Shown piece after piece: positions 1 to 8,637 of a stretch of 64,000 nucleotides of DNA. Position 1 is the stretch's first letter. Each line of letters begins with the position of its first letter. The DNA comes from Aerosakkonema sp. BLCC-F183 (GTDB taxonomy: Bacteria > Cyanobacteriota > Cyanobacteriia > Cyanobacteriales > Aerosakkonemataceae): the NCBI RefSeq assembly GCF_041929145.1, contig NZ_JBHFNU010000005.1:20868-84867 (forward strand), given 5' to 3'. The notes under the pieces were generated by a model that saw only the letters and a program-made list of their open reading frames with translations, ran no database searches and was not told the DNA's origin. Made by a program: the position numbers and the translations under genes.

Positions 1-2747
1 GAGAAGTTCCTCTGCAACCGGGTGCTATCCGCTACTGGCTGGCTTCTTATTTCCCCATTCCCAACCCAGAGAACAATGCTACTTGGGTGGGGACAGTCGT
101 GGTGGATATTACAGAGCGAAAACTAGCCGAACAAGCTTTGCAAAAAAGCGAAGCGACTAACAAAGCTTTGATCGCAGCTATACCCGATTTGCTCATTCGT
201 ATGAGTAGAAACGGCACTTATTTAGATTTTTATGCCGGTAGCAATTTCCAGATCATTAACCCTCACCAGAAACGAGAAGGAGTCAATCTTTTTGATATCC
301 TACCTGCCGATCGAGCCCAAGAACGCCTTAATTATATCCAGCAAGCCCTAGAAACCGATGAAATTCAGACCTACGAACAGCAAATCGTCGTCGAAGGTAA
401 ACTTCAGCATGAAGAAACCCGCATTGTACCAATTGAAGGGGATGAAGTTTTGGTGATAGTGCGGGACATCACCGCTCGCAAACAAGCAGAATCAGCATTG
501 CGCCAAAGTGAAAGCGCCCTAGCTGAAGCTCAGAAAATTTCTCATTTAGGCAATTGGTCTTTCGATATCATCACCCAAAAGATCGTCTGGTCAGAGGAAA
601 CTTTCCGCATCTACGGAGTTGACCCCAGCCAACTCGAACCTAGTTACCAAAAACTTTTAGAATTCACTCACCCCGATGATATAAAACTAATAGATGGTAA
701 TGTCAAATATGCGATCGCCGAAGGCAAAAACTACGAACATGAAATTCGCATTTTTCGACCGGATGGCTCAATGCGTTACACTTTGGGCAAGGGACAAGCT
801 GTTTTTGATGAAGCGGGACAGGTAGTCAAACTGTTTGGCACCGTACAGGATATTACAGAGCGAAAATTAGCCGAACAAGCCCTACAAAAGAGCGAAGCTA
901 CTAACAGAGCTTTGATCGCAGCTATTCCCGACTTGCTCGTTCATATGCACCGAGACGGCACTTATCTAGATGATTTCTATGCGGAAGAAGATTTTAATAT
1001 CCTCTACTCTCAGCAGGAGCGAAAGAAAATCACTATTTTTGATGTCCTACCTGCCGAGCGAGCCCAAAAACGCTTTAATTATATCCAGCGAGCTATTAAA
1101 ACGGGAGAAGTTCAAACCTACGAACAGGAACTTCAGATCGAGGATAAATTGCATTACGAAGAGACACGCATCGTGCCAATTCAGACGGATGAAGTTTTGC
1201 TGATAGTGCGTGACATCACCGCTCGCAAACAAGCAGAAGCCGAACTGCAAAAAGCTAAAGAAGCCGCCGAAGCCGCCAACCGCGCCAAAAGCGAATTCCT
1301 CGCGAATATGAGCCATGAAATTCGCACTCCTATGAATGCCATTTTGGGTTTTTGTGACTTACTGCAAAACTGCATCACTGAATCCCAGCCGCGTTTTTAC
1401 CTACAATCTATTGCTGCTAGCGGTAAAACACTCTTAGCTTTAATCAACGATATCCTCGACTTATCTAAAATTGAAGCCGGAAAGCTGCAACTTCACTACG
1501 ATCCGCTCAATTTACGGGTATTAATTCAGGAGATTTGCCTAATTTTTTCCCAAAAAGCTCAAGAAAAACAACTTTATTTGCTGAGTGAAATAGATGAAAA
1601 TTTACCCACAGCTATTCTGTTCGACGAAGTACGTCTGCGCCAAATTCTTTTCAATGTAGTTGGCAACGCTCTCAAATTTACCGAATCCGGTAGTATCAAA
1701 ATATCCGCTCGCTCTCAGACGAGAATTTCAGAAAATACTGTGTGTCTGGAAATTGCCGTAGCAGATACGGGAATTGGTATTCCTACCGATCAGCAAAACA
1801 GTATTTTTGATGCTTTTTTGCAAGTGGAAGGGCAAAGCACTCGCAAATATGGTGGGACTGGCTTAGGATTGGCAATTGTTAAAAGACTAACTCAACTTTT
1901 AGGTGGCAAAGTAACGCTCCAAACTCAACTGGGTCATGGTAGTACTTTTACCTTCACTTTCCCAGAAGTTTCTGTGACAAACTCTGCCACAGAAAGCACA
2001 GTTAAATCAGATTTGGATAATAACTTAGATATCTTTAAAGCTGCTACCATTCTCGCTGTTGATGACGTACCATCTAACCTCCATTTGCTCCAAGGTTATT
2101 TCGCGGGGACAAAACACAACCTGCTGTTGGCTAAAGATGGATTGGAGGCAATTAATGTTGCCCTAACTCACGATATTGACTTGATTTTGTTAGATTGGCG
2201 AATGCCCAATATGGATGGTGGCGAAACCAGTAAAGTTTTGCAAAAAGACGATCGCACTAAACACATTCCTATTATCATGGTTACTGCTTCTGTCTTAAAA
2301 GAAGAGCAAGAAGTATTGCGATCGCTCTGTCATGGCTTTATCCTCAAACCTGTCAGTCTCCAGCAGTTAATCTCCGAGTTAAGAAGATTCCTAAGTTTAG
2401 ATGAAACTTATTTAGAATCGAACTCAGAAAAAGCTGCTATTGTTCCGGTTAGCGATATATCAACAATGTCTCCAGACGCTCTGGAAAAATTGCCAGAACT
2501 CTTAGAAAAGCTGCAAATAGAAGCAGAAACTGTTTTGCCAAATCTCTGTAACTCTATGATTCGGCGCGACTTGAAAAAATTTGCCCAACGCCTGAAAGAA
2601 TGGGGAACACAATACAATTGTTCTCTGCTACTCAATTATGCGGAAACTTTAGTTAAGCAAATAGATGAATTTGATTTCGATCGCATCCCAGATACACTCA
2701 AAAAATTTCCGGATACAATCGCAGCTTTGGCAAAATTTTTATCCTAG
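1..2747 (+). CDS. Multi-PAS hybrid sensor histidine kinase (PAS-PAS-PAS-HisKA-HATPase_c-REC plus C-terminal Hpt-like region); 5' partial, reading frame open to window start
   Basis: ORF 87..2747 begins with a GTG start chosen by the ORF caller, but the same frame has no stop codon back to position 3 (…EVPLQPGAIRYWLASYFPIPNPENNATWVGTVVVDITERK…). H-box ANMSHEIRTPMNAI; G-boxes DTGIGI and GGTGLGLAIV; receiver LAVDDVPSNL…LLDWRMPNMDG. The PAS module DITERKLAEQALQKSEATN(K/R)ALIAAIPDLL… occurs twice, near-identical. Confidence 0.85.
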   Translation, partial: EVPLQPGAIRYWLASYFPIPNPENNATWVGTVVVDITERKLAEQALQKSEATNKALIAAIPDLLIRMSRNGTYLDFYAGSNFQIINPHQKREGVNLFDILPADRAQERLNYIQQALETDEIQTYEQQIVVEGKLQHEETRIVPIEGDEVLVIVRDITARKQAESALRQSESALAEAQKISHLGNWSFDIITQKIVWSEETFRIYGVDPSQLEPSYQKLLEFTHPDDIKLIDGNVKYAIAEGKNYEHEIRIFRPDGSMRYTLGKGQAVFDEAGQVVKLFGTVQDITERKLAEQALQKSEATNRALIAAIPDLLVHMHRDGTYLDDFYAEEDFNILYSQQERKKITIFDVLPAERAQKRFNYIQRAIKTGEVQTYEQELQIEDKLHYEETRIVPIQTDEVLLIVRDITARKQAEAELQKAKEAAEAANRAKSEFLANMSHEIRTPMNAILGFCDLLQNCITESQPRFYLQSIAASGKTLLALINDILDLSKIEAGKLQLHYDPLNLRVLIQEICLIFSQKAQEKQLYLLSEIDENLPTAILFDEVRLRQILFNVVGNALKFTESGSIKISARSQTRISENTVCLEIAVADTGIGIPTDQQNSIFDAFLQVEGQSTRKYGGTGLGLAIVKRLTQLLGGKVTLQTQLGHGSTFTFTFPEVSVTNSATESTVKSDLDNNLDIFKAATILAVDDVPSNLHLLQGYFAGTKHNLLLAKDGLEAINVALTHDIDLILLDWRMPNMDGGETSKVLQKDDRTKHIPIIMVTASVLKEEQEVLRSLCHGFILKPVSLQQLISELRRFLSLDETYLESNSEKAAIVPVSDISTMSPDALEKLPELLEKLQIEAETVLPNLCNSMIRRDLKKFAQRLKEWGTQYNCSLLLNYAETLVKQIDEFDFDRIPDTLKKFPDTIAALAKFLS

Positions 2748-3505
2748 CCCGACGCACTAGCTATTGTTAAAGCATCTAAACTGCCATCGCTGATGAGACG
2801 CCCATCTTCCATATAGACAATGCGATCGGCAATATCCAAAATGCGGTTATCGTGAGTAACTAATAAAATTGTACAACCTTGCTCTTTCGCTAATTTTTGC
2901 ATCAATTCTACCACATCTCGTCCCGATTTTTTATCGAGAGCGGCAGTAGGTTCATCTGCTAGTACAATTTTCGGTTTACCTACCAAAGCGCGAGCAATTG
3001 CTACCCGTTGTTTTTGTCCTCCCGATAAGTCATCTGGATAGTAATTGATGCGATTTCCCAATCCGACTGCTGACAGCATTTCTTTAGCGCGATCGTTCAT
3101 TTCTGCTGGTGGAATTCCCCGCTGCACTTCCAATCCCATTCGCACATTTTGTAGCGCCGTTAAACTCCCGTGCAAATTGTGAGCTTGGAAAATATAACCG
3201 TTATGGCGTCGCGCTTCTGTTAATTGTTTTTCTTTAGCACCGCAAAGTTCTTTTCCTAACACCTTCAAACTGCCCTCTTGTGCAGAACGCAATCCACCGA
3301 CTAAAGTTAGGAGGGTAGTTTTTCCGGAACCGGATGGCCCAGTCATAATGATGATTTCACCTATATTTATCTGCAAGTTAATATCAAATAATGCTTGCTT
3401 CCGGAGTTGACCTTTACCGAAGTAATGATTGAGGTTGACGACAGAAATAACGGCGTCCGAACTCGAATTACTTTGCATAGCCCCTATTAACTCTGTAGCT
3501 TTCAT
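2744..3505 (-). CDS. devA: DevA-like ABC transporter ATP-binding subunit
   Basis: Walker A GPSGSGKTTLL; ABC signature LSGGQKQRVAIARAL; Walker B IVLADEPTAALD. Last gene of a devB-devC-devA order on the minus strand. Confidence 0.85.
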   Translation of the reverse strand: MKATELIGAMQSNSSSDAVISVVNLNHYFGKGQLRKQALFDINLQINIGEIIIMTGPSGSGKTTLLTLVGGLRSAQEGSLKVLGKELCGAKEKQLTEARRHNGYIFQAHNLHGSLTALQNVRMGLEVQRGIPPAEMNDRAKEMLSAVGLGNRINYYPDDLSGGQKQRVAIARALVGKPKIVLADEPTAALDKKSGRDVVELMQKLAKEQGCTILLVTHDNRILDIADRIVYMEDGRLISDGSLDALTIASASG

Positions 3506-3506
3506 A

Positions 3507-3548
3507 CTTATCTGTGTTTATCTGTGTTTATCTGCGGTCATCTGTGGT
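3507..3548. repeat. Decamer tandem repeat (TTATCTGTGT x2 plus two degenerate units) immediately upstream of the devA start codon
   Basis: Read directly in the devC-devA intergenic spacer; a 9-bp inverted repeat CTGCCGATA…TATCGGCAG lies just beyond at ~3566-3603. Confidence 0.7.
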
Positions 3549-3585
3549 TAAAAATATTCCAGACACAGCTGCCGATAATTTCTCT

Positions 3586-4761
3586 CTAGAACATATCGGC
3601 AGGATCGGCTGATTGTAATTTGCTTGTAGCGATCGCACCGGAAATCGCACACATAATAATAGTTAAAGACAAAACCATAATTGCGCGAAACAAAGTCATG
3701 TAAATCGGTAAATTTGTGGCATTGCGAGCTAAATTATAAAGTCCCAAAGGTACGATCAGTCCCGGTATGAAACCCAGAACTGCCAAAATGATAGCTTCTT
3801 CAAAAATCACGCCTAGCAAGTAGGAATTGTGGTAACCCATTGCCTTGAAAGTAGCGTATTCCTTGATATGGGCATTTACATCAGTGGAAAGAACTTGATA
3901 AACGATAATTACACCGACGATAAAACCCATCGCTACACCCATACCGAAAATAAAGCCGATCGGACTTCCGGTTTTCCAATAATTTTCTTCAAATTTGATG
4001 AATTCTTCGATGGTTAGCACTTTCACATCTTCGGGTAGGTAAGCTTTTAATGCCGCCACCACCTGAGTTGAATCTGCACCAGGTTCGAGATAAATTAAAC
4101 CCAGACTGATACTACCAGCTTGTCTTTTCGGGAATAATCTTAAAAAATTCTCATCGCTAGAAACCAGAGTGCCATCAGCACCAAAAGAAGCCCCCAATTT
4201 GAATAAGCCACCGATCGTAATAGTTCTCCTATCTACTTCCGTGGTAACTTCCCTACCCGCTTCCAGTTGGGCAAAAACCTCTTTGTAATCGCCTCTTGCA
4301 CCTCTGTCAAACAGGAAAGTATCCGGTAGCCGAATTTTATCGAGTTGGGCGTTAATTTCGGGAATGTTTAAAGCAGGCTGTTCGGGATTAAAACCAATCA
4401 CTTGTACAGTCGTCTTTTTGCGCGTCTGAGGATTCTTCCAAGACACGGTGTTGATATACATGGCTTCGGCAGATTTCACTCCCGGAACATCGGAAGCTTG
4501 GTAGAGTCGCCGCCGCGACAAGGTAGATAAACTCTGAGAGTTCCGCGCTTGGGGACTCATCAGAATAATATCTGCCTGTATAGCGCGGTTGAGGCGCGTG
4601 TTACTGTCGTACAGCGCATTTTGAAATCCCAATTGCATAAACATCAGGACATCGGCAAAGGCAATTCCCGATAAAGCCACCAAGAGGCGGCTTCTGTGAC
4701 GGCTGAGTTGCAACCATCCCAGAGGTGTACGTCGCCGCAGTTCTTGAATAAGTGCAATCAT
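3586..4761 (-). CDS. devC: DevC-like ABC transporter permease (FtsX/MacB-type)
   Basis: 391 aa with an N-terminal TM, a large periplasmic domain and C-terminal FtsX-like TM helices; start overlaps the devB stop by 4 nt. Confidence 0.8.
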   Translation of the reverse strand: MIALIQELRRRTPLGWLQLSRHRSRLLVALSGIAFADVLMFMQLGFQNALYDSNTRLNRAIQADIILMSPQARNSQSLSTLSRRRLYQASDVPGVKSAEAMYINTVSWKNPQTRKKTTVQVIGFNPEQPALNIPEINAQLDKIRLPDTFLFDRGARGDYKEVFAQLEAGREVTTEVDRRTITIGGLFKLGASFGADGTLVSSDENFLRLFPKRQAGSISLGLIYLEPGADSTQVVAALKAYLPEDVKVLTIEEFIKFEENYWKTGSPIGFIFGMGVAMGFIVGVIIVYQVLSTDVNAHIKEYATFKAMGYHNSYLLGVIFEEAIILAVLGFIPGLIVPLGLYNLARNATNLPIYMTLFRAIMVLSLTIIMCAISGAIATSKLQSADPADMF

Positions 4762-6176
4762 AATTCGATCGTCGCTTTGACTTGTAAATTGGTGAATTTG
4801 GCAGCTTTCTGACTCGATTCTTCATTTAGGCGGACGTGAACTTCCACAACTCTGGAGTCAATGTTTTCGCTGGGGTCGCTGTTGATGACGTTTTGGCGTT
4901 CGATTTGCCAACCGATGCGATCGACTTTTCCGTATAATTCTCCTGGCAAAGAACTGCTTTCTATCCGCACCTTTTGCCCCAGTTCGATTTTCCTGACATC
5001 GCTTTGATAAACTTCCGCAACTACCATCATTTGGCTAACTTGTCCGATTTCCGCAATGCCTTCATTGGAGACAGTTTCGCCATCACGAGTATGAATTTTG
5101 AATATGACGCCATCTTGAGGAGATTTCACGTAAGCTTGGTCTAAATTCGCCTTCGCTTCTTTCTCCGCAGCAATAGCTTGTCTGATTTCCGCTTGTGCTG
5201 CTGCTACATCCACTGGACGGACTTCGGCAATTTTATTTAAAGTTGCTTGTGCGGAACTGACTTGTTGGCTACCAGTAGCTTGAATGCGTGCCAAAACCGC
5301 TTTAGCTTCGTTAATTTGCTTGCTTCCCGTGGCAGTAATTCGTTCTAAGTTGGCTTTAGCTTCGTTAATTTGTTTGCTTCCCGTAGCGTCAGTTCGCGCC
5401 AGAATTGCTTTGGCTTCAACGATTTGTTCTGTGAGGGTGTCTACGGCAAGACGTTTGCTGTCAAATACAGATTGCGCGATCGCACCTTCTTTATATAATT
5501 GCTCGTAGCGGTGAAATTCCGATTTAGCATTATTCAGTTCCGCTTCCAATCGCTTAATAGTTGCCTGTTGCGCCCGCTTATCTCCTTCCCACTGCGCCTC
5601 TAACCTCGCCAACGCCGCCTGTTGCGCTGTCTTATCGCCTTGCCACTGCGCCTCTAACCTTGCCAGCGTTTCCCGTTGCGCCCTTTCTTCACCCAGCGAC
5701 TGCGCTTGTATCCGCGCAATCTCGGCTTTTTGCGCTTCTATCTCGCCTTCTTTCGCACCGGCTTGCACTTTCGCCAGATTAGCTTGGGCGACTTCCACGG
5801 CTTCTTTGCTTTTCTCGTAAGCTGCTTGCAAGCGATCGCGATTATCCAAAATCGCAATTACCTGCCCTACTTTTACTTTATCTCCCTCATTCACCAGCAA
5901 CCGTTCCACCCGACTCCCTTGGCTGGATGCAGGTGCGGAAAGTTTTATCACTTCTCCCGCCGGTTCGAGTCTACCTAACGCCGTCACTGTCTTCACCTGC
6001 GGTATCTCCACCTCCGATACTTGGCTTGCAGGTTCGGATTGAGGTAGCTGTAAGTTCAACACTCGCGAAGTTGTTATCCCCAAGATGCCAAGACTTGCTA
6101 CCATTCCAAGTATTACAACCGGACGAGGGATAGGCTTGAGAAATGGGGAATCTTTAACGATTGTGTGGTGGAGCAT
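4758..6176 (-). CDS. devB: DevB-like HlyD-family membrane fusion protein with internally repeated coiled-coil
   Basis: N-terminal TM, long coiled-coil with tandem repeats (ARLEAQWQGDKTAQQA / ARLEAQWEGDKRAQQA; ATGSKQINEAKA x3) and a C-terminal beta-barrel/lipoyl-like region typical of membrane fusion proteins. Confidence 0.8.
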   Translation of the reverse strand: MLHHTIVKDSPFLKPIPRPVVILGMVASLGILGITTSRVLNLQLPQSEPASQVSEVEIPQVKTVTALGRLEPAGEVIKLSAPASSQGSRVERLLVNEGDKVKVGQVIAILDNRDRLQAAYEKSKEAVEVAQANLAKVQAGAKEGEIEAQKAEIARIQAQSLGEERAQRETLARLEAQWQGDKTAQQAALARLEAQWEGDKRAQQATIKRLEAELNNAKSEFHRYEQLYKEGAIAQSVFDSKRLAVDTLTEQIVEAKAILARTDATGSKQINEAKANLERITATGSKQINEAKAVLARIQATGSQQVSSAQATLNKIAEVRPVDVAAAQAEIRQAIAAEKEAKANLDQAYVKSPQDGVIFKIHTRDGETVSNEGIAEIGQVSQMMVVAEVYQSDVRKIELGQKVRIESSSLPGELYGKVDRIGWQIERQNVINSDPSENIDSRVVEVHVRLNEESSQKAAKFTNLQVKATIEL

Positions 6177-6199
6177 AACCTTCTTCCTCTATGAGGTAG

Positions 6200-6253
6200 G
6201 TAAACTAAACGATTTAGTTTACTATACTTAAACTAAACCGTGTAGTTTAGTTT
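6200..6253. promoter_or_regulatory. Two adjacent palindromic operator candidates (GTAAACTAAACG-ATTTAGTTTAC and AAACTAAAC-N6-GTTTAGTTT) in the devB/tetR divergent intergenic region
   Basis: Perfect inverted repeats read directly at 6200-6222 and 6230-6253; their position between a TetR gene and a divergent efflux operon is the classic TetR operator arrangement. Confidence 0.55.
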
Positions 6254-6287
6254 GTCAAGGGGTATGCTTGAGAAACCAACCCATCGG

Positions 6288-6436
6288 GGAAGTCAAAAGT
6301 CAAAAGTCAAAATATTAATTCCCCCGCGACCCCGCGACCCCACGACCCCGCTTCCCCACTCTCCCTCTTCTTTTTGACTTTTGAATGCATGACTTTTGAC
6401 TTTTTCTAACCCCTAACCCCTAACCCCTAACCCCTA
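6288..6436. repeat. Composite STRR-like repeat element, copy A: (AGTCAAA)n – AATATTAATTC – C-rich heptamers – inverted GTCAAAAG arm – (TAACCCC)4
   Basis: Read directly; it shares the GTCAAAAGTCAAAAG, AATATTAATTC and CCCCCACT-type modules with the copies at 14090, 24284 and 27671. Confidence 0.8.
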
Positions 6437-6437
6437 T

Positions 6438-7304
6438 ATGAAAGCCAGAAAGATAAAGAAATCAGATGCTGACAACTCAGAACGTCCGCAGTCAGCAGAT
6501 AAAGTCGAAGCCATTCTTAAAGGTGCAATACAAGAGTTTCTCACTCATGGCTATGCTGCTACCACTATGGACAGGGTGACAGCAGCAGCAGGTGTATCGA
6601 AAGCGACGGTTTACAGCTACTTTCAGGATAAGGAAAGCTTATTCGCTGCTTTAGTCGAGCAATTGACGCAAAAGAATTATCAGGACTTTAATCCCCAAGA
6701 TCCGAGATTCTGGGAAGGAGAACCCGCCGAAGTTCTCCGCAAGTTAGCCGTAAATCTGCTCAAAAAAGTCGAGTGCAAACACGAATTTCGCGATTTAGTG
6801 CGGCTGATTATTGGCGAATCAGGACGTTTTCCGGTATTGGCGCAAATTTTTGTTCGTAATGTCGATCAAAAGCTTTTTCATCATCTCGTTGAATATCTGA
6901 AATCTTGTCAGGAATTGCAATTGCCCGATCCAGAAGCGGCAGCGCGGGTGTTTATCGGCACTTTAGTGCATTACGTAATTGTTCAGCATATGCTGCAAGC
7001 GCATAATATCATGCCGATGGAGAGCGATCGCCTGATCGACACTTTGATTTACCTGTTAACTGTTAACCAAAAGGATAAGCTGGCGGATAAGTATGCCGGT
7101 ACGCGCCACAAATCATGGCGTCGCAAGCGTTCTGCTGACGGGAAGTTTGAACCCGACTACCAAAGCGAACCAAAACGTTTGCGATCGATTCGCCTCACCG
7201 ATACAGCGTGGGAACAACTCGCGGCGATTGCCGAAAAAAATCAGATCACTCGCAGCGAAGCGATCGAAATCTTCGCTCGCAACGGCGAAATAGAACTCGA
7301 TTAA
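6438..7304 (+). CDS. TetR-family transcriptional regulator with an unusual ~80-aa basic/RHH-like C-terminal extension
   Basis: N-terminal HTH TTMDRVTAAAGVSKATVYSYFQDKESLF; divergent from the devBCA-like operon. C-terminal tail KSWRRKRSADGKFEPDYQ…LTDTAWEQLAAIAEKNQITRSEAIEIFARNGEIELD. Confidence 0.8.
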   Translation: MKARKIKKSDADNSERPQSADKVEAILKGAIQEFLTHGYAATTMDRVTAAAGVSKATVYSYFQDKESLFAALVEQLTQKNYQDFNPQDPRFWEGEPAEVLRKLAVNLLKKVECKHEFRDLVRLIIGESGRFPVLAQIFVRNVDQKLFHHLVEYLKSCQELQLPDPEAAARVFIGTLVHYVIVQHMLQAHNIMPMESDRLIDTLIYLLTVNQKDKLADKYAGTRHKSWRRKRSADGKFEPDYQSEPKRLRSIRLTDTAWEQLAAIAEKNQITRSEAIEIFARNGEIELD

Positions 7305-7334
7305 CTTATGATATACATGGTAAAGTAAACGTCC

Positions 7335-7352
7335 GGTGGGCATTGCCCACCC
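7335..7352. repeat. GGTGGGCATTGCCCACCC hairpin repeat, copy 1 of 3, just after the tetR stop
   Basis: 7-bp GC-rich stem with loop ATT; near-identical copies at 14288-14306 and 21731-21750, each 3' of a plus-strand gene; no T-tract follows. Confidence 0.6.
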
Positions 7353-7538
7353 TACAAATTACTTGCAGCAATTCTGCGGTTTTGTCACGTTATCCCACGA
7401 GAGAGTATAAATACGCAAATCATAGTTGCTCGATCGACAAGTTTACTCAAAGAATTATTGCCATTGTTATTAAAAAACATTCAATTCGGGCAATCTATAA
7501 ATAGACTGGCTTAAATCAGCAGACCGAGGGCGAATCCT

Positions 7539-8528
7539 ATGGATGGTCAAGAACTACTCAGACGCTATGCAGCAGGAGAAAGAGATTTTAGCGGAGCCAA
7601 TTTAATCGCAGCAAACCTGGAAAGAGCCTACTTAGTAGGAGCCAACTTTTCCGGAGCATATCTAGCAACCGCTAACCTCAGTCGCGCACAGCTAACAGGA
7701 GCAAATCTCAGTGGCGCATTTCTGCATCGCGTCGATTTAAGTTTTGCGAAGATCAACGAAGCAATATTAACAAACGCTGACTTAACAAAAGCCAACCTTA
7801 AAGGAGCGAACCTTGTCAAGTCCGTACTCACCGGTACAAAGCTCAGCGGAGCCATCCTCACATCAGTAAACCTGCATTTAGCGAACTTGCAGGGCGTTAA
7901 CTTGTGCGGTGCAGATTTGCGGGGAATTAATTTGCGTTCTGCCAATCTCGTCAATGCCAACCTAAATTGGGCCAATCTCAGTGGAGCCAGATTGAGCGGT
8001 GCTTTAGTGCGGGGAGCATTGCTCAACGGCGTTAATCTGAGCGGCGCTTTGTTGAATGGCGTAGACCTCAATAACATCGACTTGGATGGCGTCAACCTCA
8101 GCAATTCAAAACTGAGTGGAGCCAATCTCGCCGGAGCCAACCTTTCCGCCGCCAATCTGAGCAACGCTCAACTGCGCGTGTCGCTGCTGGCGAGGTCAAA
8201 CCTTCACGCCGCCAACCTGAATGGGGCAACCCTGAGCAAAGCCGACTTATGCGAAGCAAATCTTAATAAAGCAAACCTGTCATACGCCGATTTGAGCGAA
8301 GCTGACTTGACCGGAGCCACACTGAATATCTCAAGATTATCTTACGCCAATCTAACTAACGCTTGTCTGCGGAACGCCTACTTGTGGGGAGCTAACCTCA
8401 ATATCGCAGCGCTGTGCGGGGCAGACTTAAGCGGAGCCAGCTTACGCGGTGCATACATTGATGGTGCAAACTGGCAAGAAGCAATCCTCTCTGGTGCAAC
8501 AATGCCGGATGGAACGCTACACGATTGA
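7539..8528 (+). CDS. Pentapeptide-repeat protein, paralog 1
   Basis: Continuous A(N/D)LSxA(N/D)LSGA pentapeptide repeats across 329 aa; ~80% identical to ORF 13079..14074. Confidence 0.9.
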   Translation: MDGQELLRRYAAGERDFSGANLIAANLERAYLVGANFSGAYLATANLSRAQLTGANLSGAFLHRVDLSFAKINEAILTNADLTKANLKGANLVKSVLTGTKLSGAILTSVNLHLANLQGVNLCGADLRGINLRSANLVNANLNWANLSGARLSGALVRGALLNGVNLSGALLNGVDLNNIDLDGVNLSNSKLSGANLAGANLSAANLSNAQLRVSLLARSNLHAANLNGATLSKADLCEANLNKANLSYADLSEADLTGATLNISRLSYANLTNACLRNAYLWGANLNIAALCGADLSGASLRGAYIDGANWQEAILSGATMPDGTLHD

Positions 8529-8637
8529 TTTTGGGTTTAGGATTTTGGATTTTAGATGGCAGATGGAAAGATGAATTTGAATTTGCTTGCAAAATCAAAT
8601 TCGCCAAAAAACTGACCGATGACCAATGACCGATCGA

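Noticed and set aside
5284-6133. Several 60-100-aa plus-strand ORFs within devB
   Set aside because: They overlap the well-supported HlyD-family CDS on the opposite strand and arise from its repetitive coiled-coil region.
6408-6436. (TAACCCC)4, a telomere-like heptamer
   Set aside because: It is part of the composite STRR-like element in a circular-chromosome context and has no terminal position; treated as a simple repeat.
7628-8164. Long antisense ORFs inside the pentapeptide-repeat genes (7628..8164-, 13339..13704-)
   Set aside because: Artefacts of the low-complexity repeat composition; the pentapeptide periodicity is only on the plus strand.
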